A stretch of 64,000 nucleotides of DNA from Paramecium tetraurelia (Eukaryota), in the NCBI GenBank assembly GCA_000165425.1, contig CT868174.1, positions 186,001 through 250,000 of the forward strand, given 5' to 3'. How positions within the stretch are numbered: the stretch's first letter is position 1; every line of letters begins with the position of its first letter. This document shows positions 12,659 through 25,983 of this stretch, piece by piece. The position numbers and the translations under genes are program-made. The notes under the pieces were generated by a model. It saw nothing but the letters and a program-made list of their open reading frames with translations. It made no database searches and was not told where the DNA came from.

Positions 12659-14393
12659 TCAACCTTACAGCGTATCTTTTAATGAGAGATTAAGGTAGTT
12701 AATAAAATACTTGAAATTGATGAGAACTTAATCGAAGTGTTTTTCAATATTCTAAAATGTGAGATTAGCGGATGCCTAGGGGTTCATAACCAAATTTAAT
12801 AAAATCTAAATTTTATTTAAATTGTTACTTATAATCTTTCAGCTAAAAGCTAAGTTTAGAAATTTGGATCTATGATTCCTTTGATGATAATTTTTAGATC
12901 CCTTTCAATTGTAAAACTTCCATTTAGATGATCTTAAAGCACTTTTGGAAATTACGCATATACATTAGCAGATTTTAATTGATCTATGCAAGAAAAGGAC
13001 TAATCTTCAATTGTCAATTCCTTATTAACTTTCTTTCCACTTGGTTTAATATTATACATTTTAAATGAATTCGTTGCCTTATTTGCTATAATGAACCACG
13101 TCTAATAATCAATTTTTGGTTTAATCACTTTTTATTTGATTACATAAGCAACGAATTCGTACAATTTTAATTGTTTATCAAATAATTCTAGAAATGAATT
13201 GAAGTTATTCTCAATTTCATAAACTTTGATTTATAGGATATTGAAATTGAAAGAAGGCTTTAACCATTCTATCATTAGATTATCCCACAATACATAGAGT
13301 AATTAAGAGTTTAGATCCTCAATTAACTAAATTTTTTCCTGCTGGGTTATATTATTGTAATCTTAGAATTCAGTATAATTACTTTTAAAAAATGGCAAGT
13401 GATCATTCAAATATTTGGTTGGCAAATGGATCATCAATACATTTGTGATTAATGATTCTAGATTTTTATTTTTAGTAATGTAGTCATCCTCTTCCTTTTG
13501 AGGAGAACTTACAAGAAACTTTGATATCTAAATTCTACTGTTTGATCCAATTTAAGGTGTTTATTTCTTGCTTGATTCAGGTGTCTTTATTCTTGATTGA
13601 TTTGTAGATGTTAATCTTAAGGGAGATTTTGACTTACCTTATGTTGAATTTGGATTTGGACTCTTAGGTAAGATTCCAAGAGTAAATGAATAATTGTGTT
13701 GAAAGCTTTTACTTTTTTAGTCAAATGATGGATAGTTACCAATTTATTAGGATGAAAGTTGTGAATCTAATTGATTGTACAGTTCAGAAAGTGAGTCATC
13801 AATTGCATTAATTTATTAGTTAATATCATTTGTGAATTCTTGAATATTCTTATCTTTGATTTACATTGCACTGGCAATCATTTCAGGATAATCATTTGTC
13901 AAAACAAAGTTAATTAAGAATTCAACCTCCTATTTTATTTCATAAATTAAAATACTTTATTCTCTAACGTATATGTTGACCTATTTTTTATCCGTTCAAA
14001 TTCATCGTGATACGCCTTAACTTTTAATTATGAATTTGAATCATTGAGAGTCTTATTTTAAACATTGCTTATTAAAGCTTCGCAGTGACGATCAATAAAA
14101 CTAAATGCTCTACTTTAGATTGCTTTGCATTATTATTAAATAGATCTGATTATTTATTCCTTATTCTTCTTCACTGAGTTTGAATTAATTAGTTATAGAT
14201 ACTTTAATTCAAGATCTTTATCCTTTTGTTAAATTTTTTCAATAAAATCCTATATTTCCATAATTTTTTTAGTGTGACCGTCATGATCTGGGAAACAACT
14301 TATACATCCTAATTTATTAATTTGACAATCCTCTTATAAACAAATAAATTGGATTAGTTATTGTTTGTGTTTATTACATCTAGTTCTCATCAT
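12659..14393 (-). CDS. Hypothetical protein with N-terminal B-box-like zinc finger, coiled coil and Ser/Pro-rich linker
   Basis: MMRTRCNKHKQQLIQFICLQEDCQINKLGCISCFPDHDGH (C-x2-H...C-x4-C...C-x2-C-x3-H-x2-H). Long table-6 frame with small introns. Stop TGA at 12659-12661. Confidence 0.7.
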
Positions 14394-15096
14394 ATTTATA
14401 TATATTTTAAAATTAATTATATTAAGTATCTCATAAAACTAAAAACTAGGAAAATAGTTTAAGGGTTACATACATTTATTTCTTACAAATCAGTTAATTC
14501 TGAATGGTTTTGTATTAAGTATTGCTATTGTAATTATGAAATTTATAGTTACTCAATATTGTCTATTGTTGTTATTCAACTGGTTGTGGATCTAAAAGAT
14601 TTATAGATAAATCTCACTAAACCACTTTTCTCAATTAAATTAATTTACAATGTTACTCAATTTTCAACTTCTATTTTTGAGTTCTTATAATAATTGTATC
14701 ATTTTAAGTTCTTAAATAACAAATGGAATTTAAACTAGAAAACAAGAAAAAGAATACAAGATATAAATTAATAAAATATATAATCACAAATATAATTATC
14801 TAATTTATAGTAAAATTTTTATCTCTTCTTAGAATCCAAGACAAAATGAATAATGGAAATAGTCTAACTTTCAATAATCCAACTGACAGATTAGTGATAT
14901 TAATATTAATATTCATTTCCATAATTAGAATATAAAATATCTTAATAAATTAGATTAATAAATATATTTTCTAACATTTAGTGTTTATTGATGTGAATCA
15001 AAAATTGGAAATTTATATATTAAATTAAATCCTATTTATTTATAATAATTCTTTTGATTCTTCTTTTATATTAGATCAAATAGAACTCAAATAAAA

Positions 15097-16301
15097 ATGT
15101 CATAATAATGTGAAAATCAAGATTGCAAAATGACAATTCCTTAATTTGAATCTAATATTTCAATAATTTTATTAATGAATAATAACTTATTAATAATAGT
15201 TTTTTTTTCTGCTTGGACTCTACTATTTCTATTGATTTTATTTATAGGATATTTGCTAGATAAATCATATCAATTAGCATCTATAAGCCCATAAACAAAA
15301 AGTATTACTCCTTCGTGTAGCCTCCTTACGATTAATCCAATAATGGTTCCAAACGCGTAGAAACAGCAATCAATTAGAAAGGTTGATGAAGAATTCAATA
15401 TTGTAAACAATAACTATGGATAATAAAATCAATAAGTTAATTAAGAAAATGGACAAGTTAACTTAGAATTAAATACAAGTCCAAGAAGGAGGTCCAGTGA
15501 TAAAAAATCTCCTTCACGGTCTCCAAAGAAATTTTAAATGTAATAAACTATAATAAAGAAACTCAACATTGGCACTTATGATGGGGCAGACACATTATAA
15601 TCAACTAATAGAAAAAGCGTCCGATCACGACCCTCAGTAGTTAATAGTGAAAGGAATAGTGTTTATGCTCAATCTCCAGGTTAGAGAATAACGAGCATTC
15701 CTAGAATATCATCAGTCTCAAATTTCTAAATTAGTGGACAATTTCTTGTAGACTCTATTTATAAAATTCCTAAACCATTAAAAGATTACTATGTAAAATA
15801 TAGTAATAACATTAGAAATGCCATTAATTATCAAAGATATATTTTACTCATAAGGATGGAATTTCAAGAACCTTTATGACGTTTTAAATATATTTTAGAT
15901 AAATTACTTGTTTTGAGATTTGTGGATTATTGTTAATTTACACATAGAACCTATCATTTTACATCATTATGGGAGCGACATGTGGTGGATATGTGGTTTT
16001 AAAAGTTTTAGATTATCACTTGATCAAGAAAATTAGCAAAGGTTTGTGTGTGTAAGCACTTAAAATTCTAAACTATACATTTTGGTTGTCTATTTTTGCT
16101 GTTTTTGTTTTTGGTATAATTTGGTTTGAAATCAATAATTCATTATGCATTATCTACTATTTGCCTGCATTAATTATGGAAATAATAGTCGACCCATTGA
16201 GATATTTAATAATAAAATATTGTTTGGCAGACTCAAAGAAGGTTCAGAAGGAAAAATTTAATTAAGTAAATGTGCTTAAAGTAATGGAATAAATTAAATG
16301 A
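15097..16301 (+). CDS. Multi-pass membrane protein resembling the polycystin-1 (PKD1)-type TM module
   Basis: One N-terminal TM (LLIIVFFSAWTLLFLLILFIGYLLDK), a Ser/Arg-rich loop, then KCHQLSKIYFTHKDGISRTF and about 4 hydrophobic helices ending ALIMEIIVDPLRYLII. One 23-nt intron near 15793-15815. Confidence 0.7.
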
Positions 16302-16429
16302 TTATTGTTTATTATAATTAATTTTACAAACTATTATCCAATAAAATTATTAAATAATTTAATATAAAGAGTACTTTAGTATGGTATCTAGGCAAATTTA
16401 AATAAAATTCAATCTTTTAAACATTACAA

Positions 16430-16890
16430 ATTAGGGTTGAATATGAAACGCTTTAGTTCTTTCGATATTATTAAGAAAAACAAGTTATACTTTAAATTTA
16501 TAAGTATTATTATGATCTCTTGATAATAATTAGAAAGATCCATAAGGAAAATCTAAGAAAGTAATTAAATCTTTAATTGAAAAGTAATGAAACATTGGGA
16601 GTTGTAAGAATTTTCAATCAAATTGATTGGAAATTTTGAAATATATGAGATTGAATTGAGATAAATATTTGAAAAATCTAATATTCATTCAATGAGGCCA
16701 TTTTATAATTGACTGTTAAGAAAAAGTATTTGAAACCGGGACAATGTGAGAGATTAGATTATGAATAGGCCTTCAAATATACAGAAATAAGTCTAACTCC
16801 CGGATAATTGGAGTATATTTATTTCCTTAATTATACATTTTTTCAGGATTGACCCATAATCTATTATCAAAATGTTATGAGTTATTTTTA
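16430..16890 (+). pseudogene. Probable decayed gene fragment (EF-hand-like helical protein)
   Basis: Protein-like segments in shifting frames (YEIELRQIFEKSNI / FNEAILQLT...YEQAFKYTEISLTPGQLEYIYFLNY) interrupted by in-frame TGA with no rescuing introns. Confidence 0.35.
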
Positions 16891-16949
16891 ATAATCTAAA
16901 TGATTGATTTTTGAATTGTTTAAAATAACATATTTGTGTTTATTCAAAT

Positions 16950-17712
16950 TCATCTTCTCCAGTTTCTAATTTAATTTTATTGAATCAATACCTTTTATTT
17001 ATTGATCTCTTAGTAATGTTCAATACACCTCTATTTCTATTGTTGTCAGCTTATTCTGAATCACCAACGAATGTTGCAGATATTACTTTTTCCTATAGAT
17101 TATTTCAATGATTTACATTATTGTTTTCCCCAATGATTTATACAGTAACACCATCTAGCTTTTCGACACATGCCTTAGCATCTTCAACTCTGGTAAACCT
17201 AATTAAGCCAATTCCTTCTGGCTGTTCAAAAGTTAATAATTCAAATTACCTTCACTTGTCCAAAGTTATCTCTGTCCAATTTGCACATATTCATAGGGCC
17301 AAAATCTTTGCAAGCTTCCTAGGAGAGATCAATGATTTCGATACTTATAAACCAGCTTCTGTCATTTTTGGATCCAATCCTTTTATAATGACATTAGGTT
17401 GAATATTTCTAGGAGCTTTAGGTCTTTGATTAAATTTTCTTGTTTGCAATTGCCTTCTTCTTTTACCAGTAGCCACTATCCTGTTTTCAGATTGAAATGG
17501 ACGCTTAATTATAACATTGAAAAGTCTACATTTTATCTTTATTAATCCTTGTTTCTCCATTGCTTTCTTTAATTTTTGAATGGTTGATTATCCCTTTGAT
17601 TTCTTCTATTTGTCTCATTTTTATTTGGTCTTATATTTTATCTTCTCCTTTATTTATTTTAATTAGCCTAAGGCTTCTTCTTCTCTAGATTCACATATTC
17701 AATCTAATCCAT
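16950..17712 (-). CDS. RRM RNA-binding protein (ALY/REF-like architecture)
   Basis: Arg/Asn/Gln-rich N-terminus, then RRM: NVIIKGLDPKMTEAGLQEACKDFGPM...GIGLIRFTRVEDAKACVEKLDG. Five 24-28-nt introns restore the frame. Confidence 0.8.
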
Positions 17713-17925
17713 TATTTTATTTAATAAAAAAATCAATCTGTTTTTATAGATTTATATATCACAGAATAAGTATCAATTCTCAATATTAATAATAACTGCA
17801 CTACAGCATTCCATTTTGAAGAAACCTATTGTAAAAGTATGTTCATGCATAAGTATATATCACCGAACTATTATATTGGCCATACTCGGAAAATAGTATA
17901 TGCTATCAATATAAATATATATATA

Positions 17926-19815
17926 ATGAATTTCAGATTACAAAATTGGTTCTCAAAAAAAGAACAAAAATATCTTTTTGGAGCTGTAGGGATCTTCGCA
18001 CTCTATGGCTTGACTAACTTCATTTCCAAATACAGAATACAGAAAAAATACGGCAAACTATGCGAAAGAAAGAGAAATGAACTCAAACGATCCATTTAAG
18101 AATTCCGAGAATCATAGAATTTATCTACAGGTTTGACTTAAGAGTTGGAAAAACAAATATTAAATTCCACTATTGCTGATATTAAAGAAATTCTGTTCGA
18201 AAAGAAGGCAACAGTTAAATAGGTGCTGTTGGTATTTATTAATAGAACATTGTCTGTGGCCACTTCAGATAACTTGAATCTAATAACCGATATCAACTTT
18301 ACTGAAGCTTTATTAGAGGCAGAGTAAGTTTATAGAGTGATTTAATTAGGAAGCAAGATTAAGAAATTTCTTAAGATCCTTAAATTATCTATAAATATGA
18401 TCTTTTCGGAATACCAGTTTCGGTTAAAGACACTTACATTCATAAAGGGTTTGATAACACTTATGGATTGGCTTCTCGATTATTTAAGCCAGCCACCTAT
18501 GATGGAATCTAAGTGTCTTTAATAAATAAAGCTAGAGGTATAATATTTGTAAGAAGCAATCTACCTCAACTTGCTATGACTTTTGAATCTATCAATCGAA
18601 TATTCGGCAGATCGCTAAATCCTTGGAATAAGGATAGAGCTGTAGGTGGATCTTCAGGAGGAGAGGCCGCATTACAGGCTGCTCGCTGTAGTGTTATTGG
18701 TATTGGCTCAGATATAGGTGGAAGCATAAGAATACCTGCTGCCTTCTGTGGAGTTTATGGAATTAAGCCAGGCATTGGGAGATAGACAGAAGTTGGAGAA
18801 GGAATCATTGAAAAAGCAGCTAGTGGAATGATTAATATAAGACCATCTAAGGGTCCATTAGGTCGTAGTGTGGATGATCTAACAGTTATGTTGAGAGTCC
18901 TATTTAATTCTAAGAATTATTCTGAATTACCATGTTCAGTTTAGGATCCGTATTGGTAACCTCAGGATCTTGACTTTACTTAGAATGCCAAAAAGGATAA
19001 ACTGAAGATTGGATATATCGAATAATTCAATGATTTATTGCCACCCAATTGCATGAAGAGAGCTGTTTAAGAAGCATGCTAAGCTTTGGTTAGCAAAGGA
19101 CATGAAATAGTTTAAATAAATTTGGAGAAAGAATTGGAACATGAATTAGCTGTTGCTTTTCCAAGGTTAGTGGCAGCAGAAGGTGGATTTAAGTCATTTG
19201 AAGATAATTTGTAAGGAGAAAAGATCATAGAAGAATATGAATTAATGGAGACAGGAACTAAGATTCCAATATTCTTATAAACCTACATCTTAGCACCTTT
19301 ATTAAAGATATTTGGATAAAAGACCCTACATGTTATGAGTAAGCAAACTCATGGTTTAGATGTTTATCAATTTTTGGTGAATTCAGGAAAGCAAAAGAGG
19401 ATGAACTTTTAATTTTTATAATACTTGAAATCAAATTCAATTGATGCGGTAATTGTACCTGGATTTGGTTGTCCAGCTGTTAAGCATGGAGCATCAAAAG
19501 TGTTACCTTTGGCAGCGTAAGTCTATTATTTCTATTTATAGATTATACACATGGATATGGAATACAGTTGATGTTCCCGCAGGAAGTATGCCAATAACAA
19601 GAGTCTAAGAGGGAGATGATCTAAAAATTGAAGGAAAGGAAAGGACTATAGATTTAGTTTATATTATGATGAATCAAAATATGAAAAATGCCTAGGGATT
19701 GCCAGTTAATGTTCAAGTTATATCATACCCCAATCAAGAGGAAATGGTGCTTAGAGTAATGAAAGAAATCGAAGGAGTTGTTAAATTTAATGAGAACCAC
19801 CCTTATCCATATTGA
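17926..19815 (+). CDS. FAAH: Amidase-signature family enzyme, fatty-acid amide hydrolase-like
   Basis: N-terminal TM anchor; GIPVSVKD (catalytic Lys), GGSSGGE, GIGSDIGGSIRIPAAFCGVYGIKP (Ser-cisSer-Lys triad motifs), GLPVNVQVI. Introns 18324-18349 and 19517-19541. Confidence 0.9.
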
Positions 19816-19840
19816 TAAATAATAATATTGGTTATTAATT

Positions 19841-20298
19841 TCATTGTTTATTTTGCTTTTCAGTTCTCCATCTTTCAAGGTTTTCTTTATTGAAATTTGG
19901 ATCTACCTTGGCCTTTTCCACTATTTGATCTTCTCTCTCAATGATGAAATTGGCTCCATTGTAGATTACAGTGAAAAAGAGAGCAGACAAAAAGTAAGGA
20001 ATAATTGCAAATTAAGTGTCTGGTGATCTGCGTATCCACCATCTATATATGGGTTCAAGAAACTTGATTCTATAAACTCCACTAAGAAGACATAGATATA
20101 TGTTATTTACTCTCTCTTCTAGTACTCTCTAGGGACTTTTCTGACTCTGCTGTCTCTATCAATATAATATAAGTATTAATCATCTTCAAAGTAGCCTTCT
20201 TTCATTAAAATGGGTCTCAGGCCTTCTTTTACTTATTCATCTGTTAATATTTTTTTTTAACTAAATTATCTTAGACAGATTCTTTAAAATTTTAACAT
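19841..20298 (-). CDS. Small single-TM protein with probable mitochondrial presequence
   Basis: MLKFQRICLRQFSQKK... N-terminus; TM FAIIPYFLSALFFTVIY; one 29-nt intron; ends EKQNKQ-TGA (~142 aa). Confidence 0.7.
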
Positions 20299-20326
20299 AA
20301 ATAATAAGAATTATAATATAAATAAA

Positions 20327-20968
20327 ATGTTTTTAAATGGGCAATCTTTTGAACAGTTGGTCTAAAGACTGACCACCTTTGAGGAAAAACTAAAGAATAG
20401 ACCTGATATAGTCTTAGCCAAATACTTTAAGATACAGAAGACTAATGATAAATCTAAATGTTCGATATGTGGCAAGACAAATCAAAAATCAATCATTACT
20501 CCTTGCAATCATATATTCCATCCTAAATGTATAGTTGAGAAGATTAAGAACAAGTAATTGAAATGTCTAGATTGTGATAAAACTTATGGAAATCCCCCTC
20601 AACCACCTGGCACATTTACCAAATAGATCATCAATCAATCATGTTCAGGATATGAAAAGACTTAGACAATTGAAATTGTTTATGACATCCCTAATGGATT
20701 ACAGAATGGAATACATTATAGAGGTGCTAAACACACTTGTTACATACCTAATACTAAAGAGGGAGAAGAATTAGCAGATTTATTAAAGACGGCATTTGAC
20801 AAAGGCCTAGTGTTTACAATTGGAAGATCTTTATAAGATGGCCATAAGTATCAAGTCTAATTTAATGATTTACACCACAAAACCAGTTTGAATGGAGGCA
20901 AATATGGCTATCCAGATGCTACTTATATTAATAGAATGATATCAGAATTAAAACAGAGATTAAGTTGA
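20327..20968 (+). CDS. Deltex-family E3 ubiquitin ligase (RING-H2 plus Deltex C-terminal domain)
   Basis: Intronless 213 aa. CSIC...PCNHIFHPKC...CLDC, then YGNPPQPPGT, SCSGY, TIEIVYDIPNG, CYIPNTKEG, AFDKGLVFTIGRS, LHHKTS, YGYPDATY, which are hallmark DTC motifs. Confidence 0.9.
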
Positions 20969-21065
20969 AAATATAATTATTGATATTTAAATTGTTATAA
21001 TCCAAATCCTATTATTTCAATGCAAGATAATTATTAATACATAATATTTAATACTATAAACAAAT

Positions 21066-24000
21066 TCATTTGAAATACTGATGGAGTTGGCGATGCTGCT
21101 TGAAGGATAGCCGGTTTAGAATTATGGTTTCAGGGGCATTAGGTTGTTATGTATCGTTATTGGATTCTATCTACGCAGTTGCTTTATGCTTATTCATTAG
21201 AAACTTAAAAGTTTCAACAGTTATTTCATAAAACAATCTGCAAATTTCAAATATCAAAGTTATGATTTCACAAAATACACATAGGAAAACCAAAGCTATA
21301 ATAATCCATCCCAAATTGATTTTAGTTTATTCTTCCATCTTATTTAATAAGTCATCAATGGATAGCAGAATTGTAATAAAAATAATCAAACTCAATCCTG
21401 ATTCTGAGATTAATTGTTTATAAAATTGCCCTTTACTTTCAAATGGATTTGAGTAAATAAGTAATAAAACACCTGAGGAACAAGATATAAAGCAGAACGT
21501 GGTTTGTAAAAGAGGATTATAGTAAAAATAGACAAGACAGAAAATATAGGTAATCTTACGAATGAGTCCAAAGAAATTAAATTTGAGTCCAAAAGTATTT
21601 TCTATGTTTATATTCTCGTAATAACACCCATATTTTTATTAGAAAAGAGGGAATTCAGCTAGATTTTTATGAATACCTATAACATAATATGACTGTCTTA
21701 ATTAAAATATTATTAAGAGACAAAATAATAGTGCAAGAATAGTGTTGATTAATATCATACTATGATAATATTGTTTTCCAAAAATTAATTGAAGTGTAAT
21801 AGCCATAGTTAAATCTAATAGACACAGTGTTACTGTTTGTTTAATTCTACTCTAAAAACTCTGAGTCACCATTTTTAGCTTTTAAACCAAATATTAAGTA
21901 TATTTATTCGATTTAACTAAATATGAAGATTGATTTTGATGATGTAATTAAACATCCTATTATTTTTACATTGAAAATGTTGTATGGTTATGTAATGGAA
22001 CTTTTTTTTCAAAAATCTTATCTATTGCTTTGAAGAAGAATTCAATTAGCAAGCCCACAAAGTATAGTATAATGGAGGTAAAAATAAAAAAGGCAGGTAC
22101 TTAAGCATTATTCATAAATAGTGGATCAACACCTTTTTCAGAGAATCTTGGAGGTGATTCAAAATAATAATCACATCCTGGTTGATTCAAATCTTAATAG
22201 GTTGGAAAATTGACTATTGATGACCAATCACTATTCAAAAATAAGACCTAAACATTGAATGGAAAATTAACATTGAAAAAGTAGAAATTGTTTATCCAAC
22301 TCAGGATTTCCAGGACTGCCCATAAATAATCAAATAAGCCAAATAGAATTGAAAGTGGGGCTAGAATCAAAATTAATAAAGATAGACTAGATTGAGCATT
22401 AGAAATAGCATCAGCTTAGGATTATTGACTATCATCTAAAATTATTTATTCAATTGGATCCACTTAAATTTCCTTATATTGTTAGAGTTGTTCTTCCAGT
22501 ATTCTAGTATAAACTTCTTGAAATTGTATATAGATGTGTATTAGATTGGTTTTATAGATCGATTTGAAGAATTAAAATTAAATTTTACATCCAATATCAC
22601 TGCTAGTAGAATTATAGATGAACTGTTCTTTATCGAAACCCTCAATAGATACTGTTGTTTTCTAACAATTCAATTGTATATACGAATCTTGAATTATACT
22701 GAGATCATTAAAAGATGCTCCATTAAGACGTTTAATTCCAATAGAATATTACTCTTAAGCGAATTCGAAATTACATTCTGAATCACAGCCATCTCCATCA
22801 ATTGTATTACCATCATCGCATTATTCATAATACTGAATTTTGATACCATCTCCACATTAAGGCATGCATTTCTTAATTTCATAATCTGTGTATAAACCAG
22901 GTATAGCTTCGCATTTTTAGCAATCATCTCTATAGCATGATGTACATAGAGCTGAATCATCTTTACACGTTATGCAATTATCATCGCATATGTAACAAAG
23001 ACTACTTAAACCATAATAACCGTCAATACACTATTAACATAATAATTGATCATCTTCATCAACTACGCATTTTAAACATTTTGAATCGCATGTCCAACAT
23101 AATGAACTATCTTCTTTTATACATTTATAACCAGGTTAAACCACACAATTTTGACATCCTTCATCAAAAGGATTATCGCAATCTTCGTTTAATTCTTAGT
23201 TTGTTTAGTCTTTATTTATTAGACCATCACCACAAATAGAAAGACAATCTAGATTTTCAAATAGAGTGTATCCAGATTAGCATTAAAAACACTATCCTTG
23301 ATAACAAAAAGAGCATTTATTATTACAACTCTGATATTCGAAAGTCAAACAGTTTATACATACATAATCAGGATCTTAGTAGATACTATCTAAAGTTGAA
23401 TAAGGGATATCAATTTCACAAATACTCATTGTAGTATATTTTTGAATCTCCTTAGAGTATGATTTTATATTATTACAACCTATAATTAGCAGATAGCAAT
23501 TCAAAGTTATTAAATCAAGATAATAGCCTTACATGCATTGATAGCAAAGCCCAAAATTACAACTTAAACATTCTCTCTAACAATCACTACCATCAATATT
23601 ACGCATTTGAGTATTGTTTTGAATCTCTGTAGTATATTATTAATCTATTATTTGCAGATAGCAAATCTAAGTTATTTATTCAAGATAATAGCCTTCCATA
23701 CATTGATAGCAATTCCCATCCTTGCAAATTAAACATTCAACCTAACACTCAGCACTATCATCAGTAATTTAATTATCATTGTAATAGATTTCTTCTTTGC
23801 TAACTACTTCATTTTCAAAAAATTTCTAATTATCATCCTCTCCTTCCTAGTCGAATAAGCATACCCCCTATACACAATGTTGACAATGTTCTTAACATTA
23901 ATATTGGCAATTAAAGCATCCATCAAATGGATCCTTATTTCCATCCTCACATTATTCTTCATCCACTACAAATCCATCACCACAAATTGGAACACAGGGA

Positions 24001-25983
24001 TTCAAACCTTTTTCATAGTTAAATAAATCAAATCGATATTCCTTAGTGCAATAAAATTCTGCTGTTATAAATAAATTCTATATAGCACAGAATGCTTAAT
24101 TGACTAATTTAGTTGGATTATTACAAGTAAATAGTATTGTCAACCTATTTTAAATATCAACCTTATTTACTATTTAATCAACTTAAAGAACATACTCTGG
24201 ATTTAAATCACCCCAAATCTATGATTATTGAATTGGGTTCAATGTTGATTTTGTTAATATTACATTATTCTAATTATTAATTGAGTATTTGAAATCTCCA
24301 ACACCAAAATCATCCCCCAAAATAACTTGAAAATTAACTCTCACTTAATAATAATATTTTGGCATCTCTAATTTTAATTAGAAGATTGCATCTACCCAAA
24401 CTAATGCTCCTCCAAAAACCTTCTTGTTTGGAACATATGAAAAGTATATATCACTTCCTTTTGCAAAATTATTAGGACTCCCAGAAACCAACTAGAATAA
24501 CTCATTCACCCTCTCTTTTGTAGTAGAAATGTCATAAAACTCTTTAACTAAGTATTTTATTTTTGATTTTTCTTTATCAATTAATTCTTCATCCAAATCA
24601 ATGCATTGAGCGCCAACCATCCTTGAATATGATGGGCAAACTTAAATACATTAGCCTTTATGTAAAAGAAATGGTAATAAACAAGCATTGCAATTTTATC
24701 TATCAGAACAAGAACTGCAATTCAGTGAACAAACTTCATACTCTATGTTTATATTTGAAACAGACCATGATAATGTTTGATCAACTAAATTATATCCATT
24801 AAAGGAAAGATTTACAGCCTATACAGTAATAATTTGATTTAATTCAATTCTTATTTTAAATTTATTTTTAGTTGAACAAATTTGGGTACTTAAATCCTAA
24901 TACAATATAATACTATTCGTTGTTGTTACTATTAAGTTGTTGAAATTAATGGAATCTACAATTTATCCATTTATTTTTATTTACAAATATTTGTCTGGCA
25001 TCCATGAGTCAAATAAAATAATTGTGGCTCTCAGTCTAATACCTATTGCTGAGGGATCTAAAATCAAATGTGTGTATAAAACTTCATCTTAATAGTATGG
25101 TAGATATGAATCAATCATATTGCAGGATATAGGGGATCTTGCTCCAAGATTTAAATTAGAAGTTAGTAGTAGTTATTATGATATCATTGGCTATTATGTA
25201 TTGAGATTTAAAAGATTTTTCAACACTATTTATGATTATAATTTTACTTAGGTTTCTATAACACACAAGTTGTTAATCATAACTGTGACCGTCAGGGCAC
25301 TCTACTAAACAACCTTGGGTTTATAATAAAAATCTGAGATTTTATTAATCTTTACATGTTTTACATTATTAGAGTGTAGGTACGGTATTAATTGTAAAAC
25401 AACTTAAACATGAGTTATAAGATTTATTTGAACATGTTTTACATGTGTAATGGCATGATTAGTAATAAATTTATAAATTTCTGAATGGATAGCCTTCATT
25501 AGGGAATGACTCATCTACATTCGTAGAGAACGATATCGTTAATTAACTGCTTGAATGGCCAAACTCCTTAATTGAAGTAATCATATCAAATCTGCCTATG
25601 GATGGATTAGTTTCACATTAATTGCCATATTAAAAAGGCCCTCCTTATCCGTTAAAATATTCATATATTTTGTTGTTATCTGCACTAATATCGGCAATTT
25701 CACCTCCATCAATTGTATTATAAGCAATGAAATCAACATAAAGTTATATACTATAATGGGGTGGAATATTTAAAATCGTTTTTTCTATCTTATTACAATC
25801 GTGGCTCAATTAAACTAGATCCATACCATTAGGGCAATGGTATATTAATGAGTCAGAGTTGCTCGGCTTGCATTTCCAGCCTGAAGAAATAAATCCTAAC
25901 GAATTAAAATCTTCCATAAGTAGATTTAGTTATGCAAATGAAAGGAATAGGCAAATAGCCACAATCTTATATTGGATAATCAT
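21066..25983 (-). CDS. Large Cys-rich surface membrane protein (signal peptide, furin-like and CGDG/CDDGN repeats, multi-TM C-terminus)
   Basis: MIIQYKIVAICLFLSFA signal; CHYTCKTC, ICGDGFVVDEEQCEDGNKDPFDGC, QCGDGIKIQYYEQCDDGNTIDGDGC; C-terminal hydrophobic helices beginning LILILAPLSILFGLFDYLWAVLEILSWINNFYFFNVNFP. Intron near 25226-25247. Confidence 0.85.
23440..23765 (-). repeat. Intragenic tandem duplication (~165-nt unit, 2 copies)
   Basis: CQVECLICKDGNCYQCMEGYYLEQITQICYL versus CQRECLSCNFGLCYQCMQGYYLDLITLNCYL, with shared nucleotide blocks gcagatagcaa, tcaagataatagcctt, cattgatagcaa. Confidence 0.8.
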
